A stretch of DNA of 44,466 nucleotides, taken from contig MCFE01000693.1 of NCBI GenBank assembly GCA_002104905.1, positions 1-44,466 of the forward strand, in the 5' to 3' direction. Under the pieces are notes generated by a model. It made no database searches, was not told the DNA's origin, and saw only the letters and a list, made by a program, of their open reading frames with translations. The translations under genes were made by a program, and so were the position numbers. This DNA comes from Basidiobolus meristosporus CBS 931.73. Lineage: Eukaryota > Fungi > Basidiobolomycota. This document shows positions 1 to 10,794 of this stretch, in pieces. The first letter of the stretch is position 1; the number at the start of each line of letters is the position of its first letter.

Positions 1-29
1 GGACTTGAGATCAGATTTTGGTCATCATC

Positions 30-2181
30 TTATGTCATTTTTTGTGAAAATTTTGAATTTTCATCCAACAGCACATCCTTGGACTTGATTAGCTTCTTTG
101 CTTTGGTATTGTAGAGTCTGTATGCTTTACTCTCATTGCAGTAGCCCAAAAATAGGCATTTTGCACTTTTTGGCTTAAATTTTGACTGATTTCTGGGCAG
201 TTTCTTGGCATAAGCTGTACACCCAAATATTGTTAGATGTACTGCACTTTGTCTGTATCCATACCATGCTTCAAATGGAGTAGAATCATGAAGTATTCTG
301 CTATAGCTCCTATTCTTAAGATATACAGCAGTGGCAACTGATTCCACCCAAAAATCATAGGATAATTTTTGATCATGGATTATAGATCTTGCCATATCAA
401 TTATTGATCTGTTATCACATTCTGCTACTCCATTTTGCTGTGGGGAGTATGGTACAGTAGTCTCTTGCTTTATACCATGAATTTTGCAGAGGTGGATGAA
501 GAGTTTTGAGGTATATTCTCCACCATTGTCAGAGTGTATTTTCTTGATATTTTCACCAGTTTCTCTCTCCACCATGACTTCAAACACCCTGAGCTTAGAC
601 AGAGCTTCTTCCTTTCTCTCCATGAAGTAGATCCATGTGTATCTTGTATAATCATCAATAAAGGTAATTAAATACTTCATCCCACCTAAGGATAAATTTT
701 GCCAAGGTCCACACAGATCTGAGTGAATTAGATCGAATTTTTTCTTAGTTTTGATCAGCCCAGAGCTCTTGAACGGTTGTCTGACTTGTTTTCCATATAT
801 GCAGGCTTCACAGTGCTCCAAATTAGCTGGGGGATCAATTTTTACTCCAGAAATTAGCTAATCTTTGATCATTTTGCGCAAATAATCAAAATTGATGTGT
901 CTAAATCTCCTGTGCCAAGGCATTGGTGTTTCTTCTTTAAGTTACTTATATTGGTTTCCAAATATGATGGAATATAAGTCAACTTGTATAGATTCTGATC
1001 TCTGATACCCAAAGTAATATGGACACCATTTTGATCAGTGATCTTGCATTCAGAATTGTCAAAGCTGAAACTGAGTCCTTCTGCAGTGCCTTGCTTACAG
1101 ATAGTAGGTGCTTGGCTATTTCTGATACATAGAGTACTACTTTAAAGGTCAGTGTATGGCTTCCTTCACTGCTTCTTAGGTTTACTTGGATAGTTCCTTC
1201 TCCCACTGCATCAAGTGTTGCATCGTCACCCATAAAAATCTTCTTAATTGGAATTTCTTGATATTGGGTAAAAAGTTCTTTTTGGTGTGTAAAGTGTTGA
1301 GATGTTCCAGAGTCAATATACCACATCTGAGAGTCCTTGTATGTGGTCATATTTAGTGCCAATATGAATAGTCTATCTTCAGTTGTTGCAGCATTTCAAT
1401 ATTCAGGCTTCTTTTGCTGACTATCTTTCTTTTTGAAGCACTGGTCTGATGTGTGTCCTTTCCTTTTGCAGTAGTTACAAAACAGGTTGCTGTTACCTTT
1501 GCAGGGTCTTGGGTACCTCCTTTGTTGGTTATCATTGCTTATTAAAGCATTTTCTTCTTCCTTCTTATTGGTGCTTGATTTTCTTAATTCTTCATCCAGG
1601 AGCCTTCCATACATGTAATATAAGGTCAAATCTTCAGTTCTGGATTCTGGTGCTGATACAAGGCCCTGAAACTTGTCTGTCAGGATATTCAGGATGGTAA
1701 TTATCATATCCTCATCAGTAGTTGGTATGCCCACAGATTCCATCTCATCTACCAGCAGGGTATTTCTGTTAATTAGATTTTTCATTTCTTCTCCTGGCAG
1801 CATCTTTGTAGTAAAGAATTTTTGTCTCAGATACATTTTCTTAGCAGCTGAACATGATTGGTAGGTGTCTTCTAATGCCTTCCAGGCATTCTTTGCTGGT
1901 TTTGCTCTTGAGCATTGAATTAGCAATTTGTCTTTAACATTAAGGCAAATGCAGCTAAAGGCACTTTGTTCTTTCTTCTGGTACTTTAAGGCTTCCTCTC
2001 CCACGTTTTTAAGAGGGCAATCTTCTCCCATGACAATATCTTACAGGCCTCTTTCTTGTAGCAGCATCTTCATCTTCACCTTCCACACCTGGTAGTTAGA
2101 TCCATCCAACTTTTCAGCAGTGGGTGAAATTCCAGTAATAGCAGTAGTAGACATTGCAGAGAGTGACAGCTCAGGGCTCAT
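30..2181 (-). pseudogene. copia gag-pol pseudogene (gag, protease, integrase)
   Basis: ORFs 2041..2313, 1396..2031, 979..1362 and 30..821 are consecutive pieces of one polyprotein broken by stops and frameshifts. Confidence 0.93.
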
Positions 2182-2185
2182 AACC
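2174..2185 (-). promoter_or_regulatory. primer-binding site GGTTATGAGCCC (half tRNA-iMet type)
   Basis: gggctcataacc lies immediately inside the LTR end. The same motif is at 10791, 33212 and, degenerate, 38791-38803. It matches the Ty5/copia anticodon-stem priming type. Confidence 0.85.
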
Positions 2186-2455
2186 TGTTGTAAGAGTCTT
2201 GGAGATATTGGAAGTGATTGGGAGGACAAGTAGGTTATGTGGTTTTCACTTAATGATTTATTGAATGTAAAAGTAGTATTTATACTTTTACATGGTCTTG
2301 ACGTTACAAACATGTAGTGTAGGTTATGGAAGATCCCAAGAATATGTGTGCAAAATTTGGGGTCTTTTCAACAACTTTGAGAAAGGTCATAATCTGGGTG
2401 CCTCATAATTTGGTGAAAATATTTTAAGTGGATCCTGACATGGAAATTGGTCAGG
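2186..2455 (-). repeat. truncated 5' LTR of copia family 1
   Basis: Reverse complement of the 3' ~270 bp of the LTR at 10442-10790. Starts TGTTGTAAGAG. Homology stops near 2455. Confidence 0.85.
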
Positions 2456-2489
2456 ACAGAATGCTAATAACAGAATAATATCTACATGT

Positions 2490-2665
2490 TTTAATATTTT
2501 GACTGATATCCAGGCATTCTTTTGGCATATGCTGTACACCCAAATATTCTTAGATGTTCTGCACTTGGTCTGTATCCTTACCATGCTTCAAATGGAGTAG
2601 AAGCACAAGGTACTCTGGTATAACTCCTATTTTTAAGGTATACAGCTGTGACAACTGATTCCGCC
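2490..2665 (-). pseudogene. isolated copia family 1 integrase fragment
   Basis: Similar to 180-350 (ggcatatgctgtacacccaaatattcttagatgttctgcac...catgcttcaaatggagtagaa). Confidence 0.8.
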
Positions 2666-3269
2666 TGTTATATCCAAGAGAAAAGTGTAATAAAACTATT
2701 GAATGAGTTAACTGAACCTAAGTGATAACTAAGCACAGAATCTTAGAATTGTCAAGGGTGTCAGAAATATTAGCAGAGAAGTTCTCATCTAATATTGGTT
2801 TTGTATATAGTTGAGTTGGGCTATAAAGGCAACAGAGTTGGTTTGCTATACAGGCTAGGCTTGGTGTTCTTGGGAATGCTGGATATGCTAGGCTTGGGTG
2901 GAAACTAGAACAGAGTTGTTGAATTCTTAATTTTGCTGAGGTACAATTTTAATTTTGTTGAGACATACACTAAGCCAAAAGGTTCAGTAAACTTTATTTA
3001 TACTTTTCTGATTGAGTTGCATTGGTAAGCACCAAGAGACTGGACTAATTGAAATCTGTTGGGGTGTAGATAGGTGCATAAGATAAATGAAAAATTGCAT
3101 CATTGATCAGCTGATGTATTGGCATCTGCTAAGTGGTTGGATAAATCTCAGATGACTAATCACTTGGAAAGGCCTAGCAGATCAGTTGAGGACATAATGA
3201 CCACATGAAAATTGATCAGCTGTGACAGCTAAAAGTAGATTCTGAGAAGTGATAAAATAAACTATAACA
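2666..3269. repeat. orphan LTR-like sequence (family Y)
   Basis: Bounded by TGTTATA...TATAACA terminal inverted repeats, non-coding, LTR-like composition. No matching TSD (ccgcc vs gggat). Confidence 0.5.
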
Positions 3270-3319
3270 GGGATTAGTTATGTTTGGGTTAGAGAAAATC
3301 AGTTAGGGTACTAGATTTT

Positions 3320-6300
3320 CTAACTGAGTGAAATTGGCCAAGTTTTAAATGTTGATGCACAACACTTGAGTATAAACACCAGAGTCTCTCCCTCCCATGC
3401 TGTGATAGATTTCTTTGTCCCTATGTAAAATAACTTGGTCCCACAGGTGGATCCAATCCATATCAGCTCTCTAGGTCCTACCAAGAGACTATCATAATAC
3501 TGACAGCTGGGAATTAATGGCCTTCTACATGATCTTTTGCAAGGATCACCACAGTGTTTTGCAAACTCCAGTGCTGAATAATTATAAAAACCTGACAGAG
3601 TTTTGGTGGTCTTTTGACAAGATATGCATGCCATTGTGATGGTCTTGATGTGCTTTATATCTATTTCAGCAGATAAGACTAGCCAGTACATCCAACTGCT
3701 TTACATGGCAGGAAACTTGACAGTGTTTTGATGGCCTCATTGCAAGCCACTGATGGATTTCAATGGCAGTACAGTGGCCAACAGCTGGTTCTGCAGAATG
3801 TCATGGTACCAATTTGCCAAATGGTATATCATTTTTCTAACTCCCCCTGTGCCAATCATATTACTACTGTAAGATCACCCCTCATTATTTGCCTACCCAT
3901 CACTACGTTGAGTGTTCCACATGTGGTTTGAATTGAAAAATACTATGGCCTCCTGCTTACTAATCTATACAAATAGGTGCCCCTGCCACAATTGACACAC
4001 TTTAATTACCTCAACTTTACTGCTCTTTAGTGTGAAACTTGCAAAGTTGCCATATACCTAGTATTGCTGATAACATAAGCATCTTGCAAACAAATGCTTA
4101 GTTGCCACCACTTTTGCCATGAATATCTCCTGAATATCTACAAAGAGCATTTTGATATTTATCCAATATATTCCTTCTCCCTGCTGGACTCTAGTCCCCC
4201 CTATAGGTGTGCTTTGGCTCCTGTTTGTGTGAATTTGGTATTGAAAGGTATAGAAACTAGCTTTGGACCAACAGAAGCCTGGTATACTTTGGTAGAGCTG
4301 TTCTAATAAGAATTAGCTGCTTGCTGCACCCAACCCAACTTTGCATTACTTAACTGATTACCCATGCATTAGGACTGCTTAGCTTCTAAATGCTATACGC
4401 ATAAATGTCTCCAGGTGCACATCTGTCCTCAGTATTTCTCAACTATTACTGGCTGTCCTCCATGTGCCAACTCATCACATCCATGAAAAGCTTGAAGATG
4501 GTATTCTTCATGATATTGGTATATGGTAGTATCTGCAACTTGACTTGTCTTCCTATCTCCCCACACATCTGCTCTGTAGAAAACTTGCAAAAGGTGAACA
4601 AAGGTGCCATGCTCTCCACACACCAAGCAAGATTGAGTAGAGAATGGATACAGTAGTGGCAGAGATCCAGGCTTTCAGCTTTATGTTTGAAGTATAGCAC
4701 TCAAATCCTGTCACAAACTCCTTGCACAAAAGCTGCAGATGTGTCAAGTTGGCATTGGTGATCTGGTACCAAATAAATAGTCCTACAATGTCCACATATG
4801 ACTCCCAATGCTTCCACTCTACTCTTGATAGAAATGGCTTTGAAAGGTGACTTCAATAAATACATAACCAGTTCACCCAATCCTTGCATTTGTATTGTAG
4901 CATATATGTATAAATATTGATTGGTGCATGTGAGAAGCACTGAGGGTTGTGGATACTTTGCAGGTTTGTGCCACTTCTTTCAAATTTCTCTGGTATCTCA
5001 GAGTGATCATTTAGCTTTAAATGTCCCATGCACAACTCAATAATCAGTATAGGGTTATTGGTGAAAAGCTAATATATTGCTCTCAATGTAAAGATGTTGC
5101 TCCAATATATGCCCTCCATCTTAAGTATCTTTGGTTTCCAATTAATTCTATGTTCCACCCAATAGCTTATGGCTTGCCAACTTTGCAACAGTTGCATGCT
5201 GAATTCAGCACATTCTCTGTGTAGGATGTTGCTGTTCTTAATGTTGGTGTTTAGATAATAACAATGAGTATGAGTCATGGATTAAATCCCCTGGATCTCA
5301 CTCATCTGACAGCAATACTGTCCATTGTGCCCAGAAATGCTGGCTATCTTGCCAAAGACAGGGTGTTTCCAATGCAGATAATAATATGCACTTTGACACA
5401 ACATCCATTGACTAGTATCTGTCATGATCACATGACAGCTATGAACACCCATGCCAAGTCTCAGCTTCCTAGCTCAATTTCTAAGAGATTCCTTCTGGAA
5501 CCTTCTACCACCTTGCAAAAAGTTCCTGACCATTCCAAACCATTGTTACACAATGGAACATTCCATGGAAGCTTATCATTGTATCTTTCATAGTCCAGTA
5601 CCATATATGGAAATACCAGGTCACATGACTTAGTCACATGATCAGGTGACCCAATCCATTTCCCCATCCTGTCTCTGTGCCTTGCCTTCCATATTATTAT
5701 CCCCATCACTGCTGCTGTGCCTCACCCCACAACCCCATTAGTATTAGCTAATATCTCTTGGCATTAGTATAGCCAAAAAGTATATTTAGTCCTATCCCCC
5801 CTTAAGTATTCCTCAGTCTGATAAACACAGGTCTTGAATAAACAGCCTTGCCTTGGAAATCCGCCTTGCCTTGTTGATCCACACCTAAGTCCTTGCCTGG
5901 TCCTGCCTTGCCTAGCCCTACTCTCCTGCCTTGTGTCTATTCATAACAGTATCCCCCTTGAAAGCACACAAAATCCATCCTGCAATGAATACAGCAAACT
6001 ATTCAGGTTAGATGGCAATTTAGGCCCAGATAACAGTGAGACTACCATCAGAATTCTGCTCTAATACCATAAGATAGGTGGCAGATTCAGGTTGATAAAA
6101 TTCAGTTGCTGGCAGGATTTGGTGGTATAGTACTTGTTTATTGAGAATCCGTGAAGTGCAAAGGTAAAGGCATGGTCATATATACCCTCAAAGTAGCCCT
6201 TGTTTCTTAGTTGTTTGTTGTTTTTGCCATCAAATATATATCAGACATGAATGCACTGGATTGATAATGTGTACAGTACTTTATAGCTTCACACTACTTG

Positions 6301-6852
6301 TTTGATGGCACAAGCTTCTTTAGATGAGATATTACTAGAGTATATCCGGAGTATGAACAATATTCTCCCCCAATGGTGGTGGATTCCTGACAAGTAGGAC
6401 ACCTTACAATGGTGGCATTTTTTGATGTGAATGCCATGCAACTGCTAGCACATGCTGCTATCAGGAAGGCCTCTGGGTCATGTGTTGCCAGCCACATGAC
6501 AGGTGTCCATTTGTACCATATACATGGTAAGTTGCATCCAGGCTGACATTGGCAAGAAGTAGAAGTATATCCTCAAAGCCCCCATTACTAACATTAGTGG
6601 AAAAGCACCACTTCTCTAGCCACAACATCACATTATTCAAAAGTAGATGGATTACTGGGCTCACTTGGCTCCATAAGGTGTCCTTGACATTCTTTCACCT
6701 GGTGTTGTCTCATTCCATTTTGGGATTTTACCAGGCTCATGCAGGGTACTGATGTTAGGGGAGGTAGGCTTACAGTCCATCAGCAAGCCTTCTTCTTCAG
6801 AGCTATCACTCTGCATGCCATATTCAGAAGACTGAGGTGATTGTAAAGGCAT
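3320..6852 (-). pseudogene. CMC/CACTA (Transposase_21, Tnp2-like) transposase, copy A, essentially full length, interrupted by a solo LTR
   Basis: Hand translation across stops and frameshifts gives the expected motif order: ACASSCMAFT..CPTCQE; GYFEGIYDHAF..GF; INLNLPP; SGPK.PSNL; KVHIIICIG.T; GHNGQYCC.M.EIQG; WSNIF; HSLLNLA..VE; F.TEQMCGEIGRQVK. The C-terminal part is ORF 3320..3691. Confidence 0.85.
5420..5948 (+). repeat. solo LTR (family X, 529 bp) with 5-bp TSD GTATC
   Basis: Ends TGTCATGA...TCATAACA. GTATC at 5415-5419 and 5949-5953. Removing it restores the transposase frame (SRGILVNGCCVKVHIII). AATAAA near 5837 suggests + orientation. Confidence 0.88.
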
Positions 6853-7239
6853 TACAAACTCTCCTTACTCAGCTGTTGCAAGGTGACAAGTATGGCTAGG
6901 TGTTGTGATAGAAGTGTCAAGTGGCTGGCAAGATATTATTGGTACAGTAGTGACTAATGTATGGTCAAGTATGACTTGTGTGGCAAAACACTGGCCATGA
7001 TCCTTGTAGTTCTTCCTATGCTGACTTTATGCTTTGTGACTGAGAGGCTTGTTACTATTACCATTTGGTCTTTTTTCTCTTCTCTTGTTGCATTGAATCA
7101 AAGTTGTCTTGTCCATGGGGCAAACAGTTGGACACTCTACAATATAGTACTGTTATGTCACTTTTTTGTCAATATTCAGGGAAGTTTAAGACAGTCTTGT
7201 ATTTGAAACATTGCACCTACATGAATGTAAGATTCAATG

Positions 7240-9138
7240 ATGACCAGCCAGAGTAAGCATCATAAATAAAGTTGTAGCACCACATACATATGTGTGTATA
7301 ACACCATTTCCCCTTTGGTTTGACTCACTTCCTTATCTATGCTGTCAAAAAATAAAGTACTGTTGTCTGGTCCCAACCAAGCCACATTGCTGATAGTGGC
7401 AGAAGAGCAGTTGGACAACAGCTTGCTTTGACATACAGTGCAACAAGCAGGGTCACATTCAAGAAAGGCCTTGTTGGCAGTGTGCCCACTAAAGGTAGTA
7501 ATGTGGACTCCTCAGGCTCTGAGTCAACTAGGCAATTGAGGATCTCTGCAGAGCAGCAAGCTGAGCACAATGCCCAGGCCAATGAGAATGTAGCAAGCAC
7601 AGTACCTTGGGATGAAGACCACCAAGGGGACATTATAACATAACCACCACCTGTATTAGCAAGTATACTGTCAGCTCATACCAAAGAATCAATGAGGCAA
7701 ATAGGTGTTGAGACTGATAAGATGGATGCAATGGCCCAGAGAAATTAGGAAATAGTCCAGAAGCAAGATGAGTGGACAATATGTGTAGAGCAATCAATAT
7801 TCCAGCTAGAGATAACAGTATCTTTTCTGCAAAGAGGCAAGTTAAGTAGCTCCATTTCACAGCCAAGAATTGGGCTGTTTCCCAATGTCATAGCAGAGGA
7901 AAACTATGCAGTCTTTGAGGTTCAGCAACAGTGCCCAAAGATAATGCCCACAGAAAAACCTATCACAGCACAGAAGGGAGAAACCATGGTGCATATGCCA
8001 AAGCCTAAAACTCAAAAGACACTGCAGATCTGTCAAGCTGTTGAGTGCAATAATGAAGTGTGGGCTAATATTCAAGATGCCATAAGAGGTTTTGCAAGTC
8101 ATCACCATAAGACGGGCATACCATGGAACTATCAGGAACTCAAGGACTAGCAGAAAGTACTTGACATATTCCATGAGCATTATCCTGGATTCAAACTAGC
8201 AAACAGTTTTTGCACCAGTATTGGTATGCTAAGAAAGAATCTCAGGAGTAGCAGAAGCCATTTAAGGCAGAAGAACAAGGGTACAATGGCTAAAAACTAG
8301 CAGCTTGCTCAAGAGCCTGTTACAAGCCAGGTTGTAAGCTCAAAACAAGCATCAAATAGACAGCAGGTAGCTGGAAGAGTGTTAGTAATGGACAAGCAGG
8401 CAGACACAGATGTACCAGCACAAAATGTATCAAGAAAATGTGTAGTTCCACTCTAGAAGCACTCAGTCAAAGTTGCAGTAAAGGAGCTGGAAGTGATAAA
8501 GCCAGTGGCTGCTTCAGGAACCCATCACAACTAGGGCTGAGAGCTCAAAATAAGCGGAAAAAGCATCAGGTTCTCAGGAGAGTGCCAGCAAGGGACAAGC
8601 AGGACAAAACAGATGAATCAGAGAAGGATTCATGGAGAGGATGTAGTTATATACAAGAAGCACTCAAAAAAGTAGCAGTGATGAAGGAAAAGGTAAAGGG
8701 AAAGAAGTCTGCCAAGGTCAGACACAGGGAAGAGTAAGAAAAAAGCTGCAGTTCTTGCCAAATAATTCATTAAGCCTGGAACAGACTGAATTCCATCATG
8801 GCCAAAGGAAATACTAGCTAGAAAACAGCTGTTCTCACAAGAGTTTGAAGTGCAGCCAGTTGAGCTACACTCCAGTGATGCAGATAAATTTGCAGAGAAA
8901 GGCATTTGCCTACCACAGCCACCACCTTCTCCATTGTTGACCAGGTGGAGATCCCATCAACCAACAAAGTAACAACATCACAAACTCAAAAGGTTATCAC
9001 AACGCCTTCAGTGGATTATTGGAACATTAATAGGCACACCAAGAGGTTGCAGCACCTCTACAAGAGCAGTGCTCAAGAAACACACTAGAATATTGCATGG
9101 ATTTGTGCACAGACTGGCAGATGAGGTGCTAGACCTTG
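7240..9138 (+). pseudogene. unknown accessory gene (ORF2) of the CMC/CACTA-like element, copy A; predicted intron 7253-7357
   Basis: ORF pieces 7428..7643, 7944..8150, 8438..8737 and 8906..9088 are collinear with 40579->39173 plus 29894->29138. The same reading frame is conserved between copies. ATGACC and a GTAAGC..AAAG intron are conserved. Confidence 0.7.
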
Positions 9139-9139
9139 T

Positions 9140-9479
9140 TTTATTTGATGGCAAACTTCAACAGCAACTAAGATACAGGGGCCACTTTGAAGGCATGTAT
9201 GACCTGGCCTTTGCCTTGTCACTTGATGGATTCCCATAAAGCAAATTCTCTGCCACCAAATCCTGATTGCCACTGATTCTCATCAACCCAAATCTGCTGC
9301 CTATCTTCCAGTATCAGGGCAGAAATATGATGGTAGCCTCACTGATATCTAGGCCAAAATTACTGTTCAACCTGGACAGCTATCAGTATTCATTACTGGA
9401 TGAATTTGGATGCTTTCCAGCAGGATGCTACCAGATGGACATCAAATCAAGTGCATATTATTATTGTCAATGGAAATAC
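9140..9479 (+). pseudogene. second CMC/CACTA transposase fragment (catalytic-core start)
   Basis: Reads FDGKLQQQLRYRGHFEGMYDLAFALSLDGFP, PLILINPNLLP, SLISRPK, DSYQYSLLDEF, VHIIIVNGNT. Homologous in inverted orientation to 6240-5950. Confidence 0.85.
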
Positions 9480-9848
9480 TGTTGCAACTATTGATGTAAG
9501 AGTTGTAGAGGAATAGAGAATTTAGCTAGTGTTGTATTCACTTAAACTTGACCTGATCTTTATTGAGGTTCCAGCAGCTCCTTATATACATTTTGGCAGA
9601 TCAATTGCTTACTAGCTGTATTACCTAATGTAGGTTGTGGCTGATGACTTGTTTGCTTGCATCATCATCACCCAATAAGATCCTACTTAATATATCTATT
9701 CCTGTCTGATAAGGATCTGCTGATTCATTTGCTGCCTAATGCTACTGATTTGATAGATAACACTGATATACTGATAGGCTAAACATATACCAAATTGATT
9801 TGACCAAAAACTGATCTAACTTAAACATTAAAGTGGTGGATCATAGCA
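9480..9848 (-). repeat. gypsy 3' LTR
   Basis: Homologous to 18482-18850, 30429-30797 and 41468-41835. Followed by the PPT complement ttctctcc. Confidence 0.92.
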
Positions 9849-10794
9849 TTCTCTCCTACTAAAGTTGAGAGGGTGGTCCTGAATCTCTTTTCTTGTGATA
9901 CCAATATCTTGATGGTTCAGTATTGTTTGCAAGTCTGGCAAGCTTGAGTCTGTCTCTGTGAGCTAAATCTTCCCTGATATTCCCTAGCTTGTCCACTAGT
10001 TGGTAAGCTAAAAATGGACACTCTCTGATGATACTAAAAGGTCCTGTCTGTTGTGGCTCAAACATCTTCTAAGTACAGTTTCTCAGCAATGCAAAGTTCC
10101 CAACTGTGAATGATTCTGGTGATGCAGTCTTATCAAATATCTGCTTTATTGTTTCTGCTCTTCGAGATACTTTGGCCTGGTCCTCTTGATGTCTTTGTGC
10201 CAGCTGCCAATGTCTATTTGGCTGACTGAGCTTGTCTTCAAAGGTGTCTGTAAGCTTTGGTTGTGTGAGTTCTCCTAGAATCCTTGGTTCACATGTATAC
10301 ACTAAGTAAAGTGGCAGTTGTTAAGTGGGGTTGTGTACTCTAACTCTGCACGCAAAATTGCCTGGTCTATATACACATCCCATCTACTGACAGCTCCATT
10401 TGCATACTTGGTCAACATATTTTCCAAATGACTGATTAAATTGTTGTAAAAATCTGTAATTCCACCTAAATATTCGCCTAACTTAGTCACTTAGATCATT
10501 ACCTTCAAATCCTAGACAATACTGACATAATTCCTTGTTGGGATTTACTCAGAATATTTTCACCAAAATACCAGGTACCTAGAACATGAAAACTCTCAAA
10601 GCTGTCCAAACAGCCCCAAACTTTGCACACATGTTCTTGGGACCTTCCTTAACTTATTCTACATCTTTGCTATGCCAAGACCATGTAAAAGTATAAATAC
10701 TACTTTTACATTCAATAAATCATTAAGTGAGAACCACATAATCTACTTGTTCTCACAATCACTTCCAATATCTCCAAGACTCTTACAACAGGTT

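Larger units (their letters stand above)
1..2455 (-). mobile_element. Ty1/copia LTR retrotransposon family 1, copy 1a (5' part; runs off the window start)
   Basis: Minus-strand ORF pieces give gag (UBN2-like MYLRQKFFTTKM, knuckle CNYCKRKGHTSDQC), protease (WYIDSGTSQH) and integrase (IHSDLCGP, DDYTRYTW, SDNGGEY, PQQNGVAE). PBS at 2174-2185 and partial 5' LTR at 2186-2455. Confidence 0.95.
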
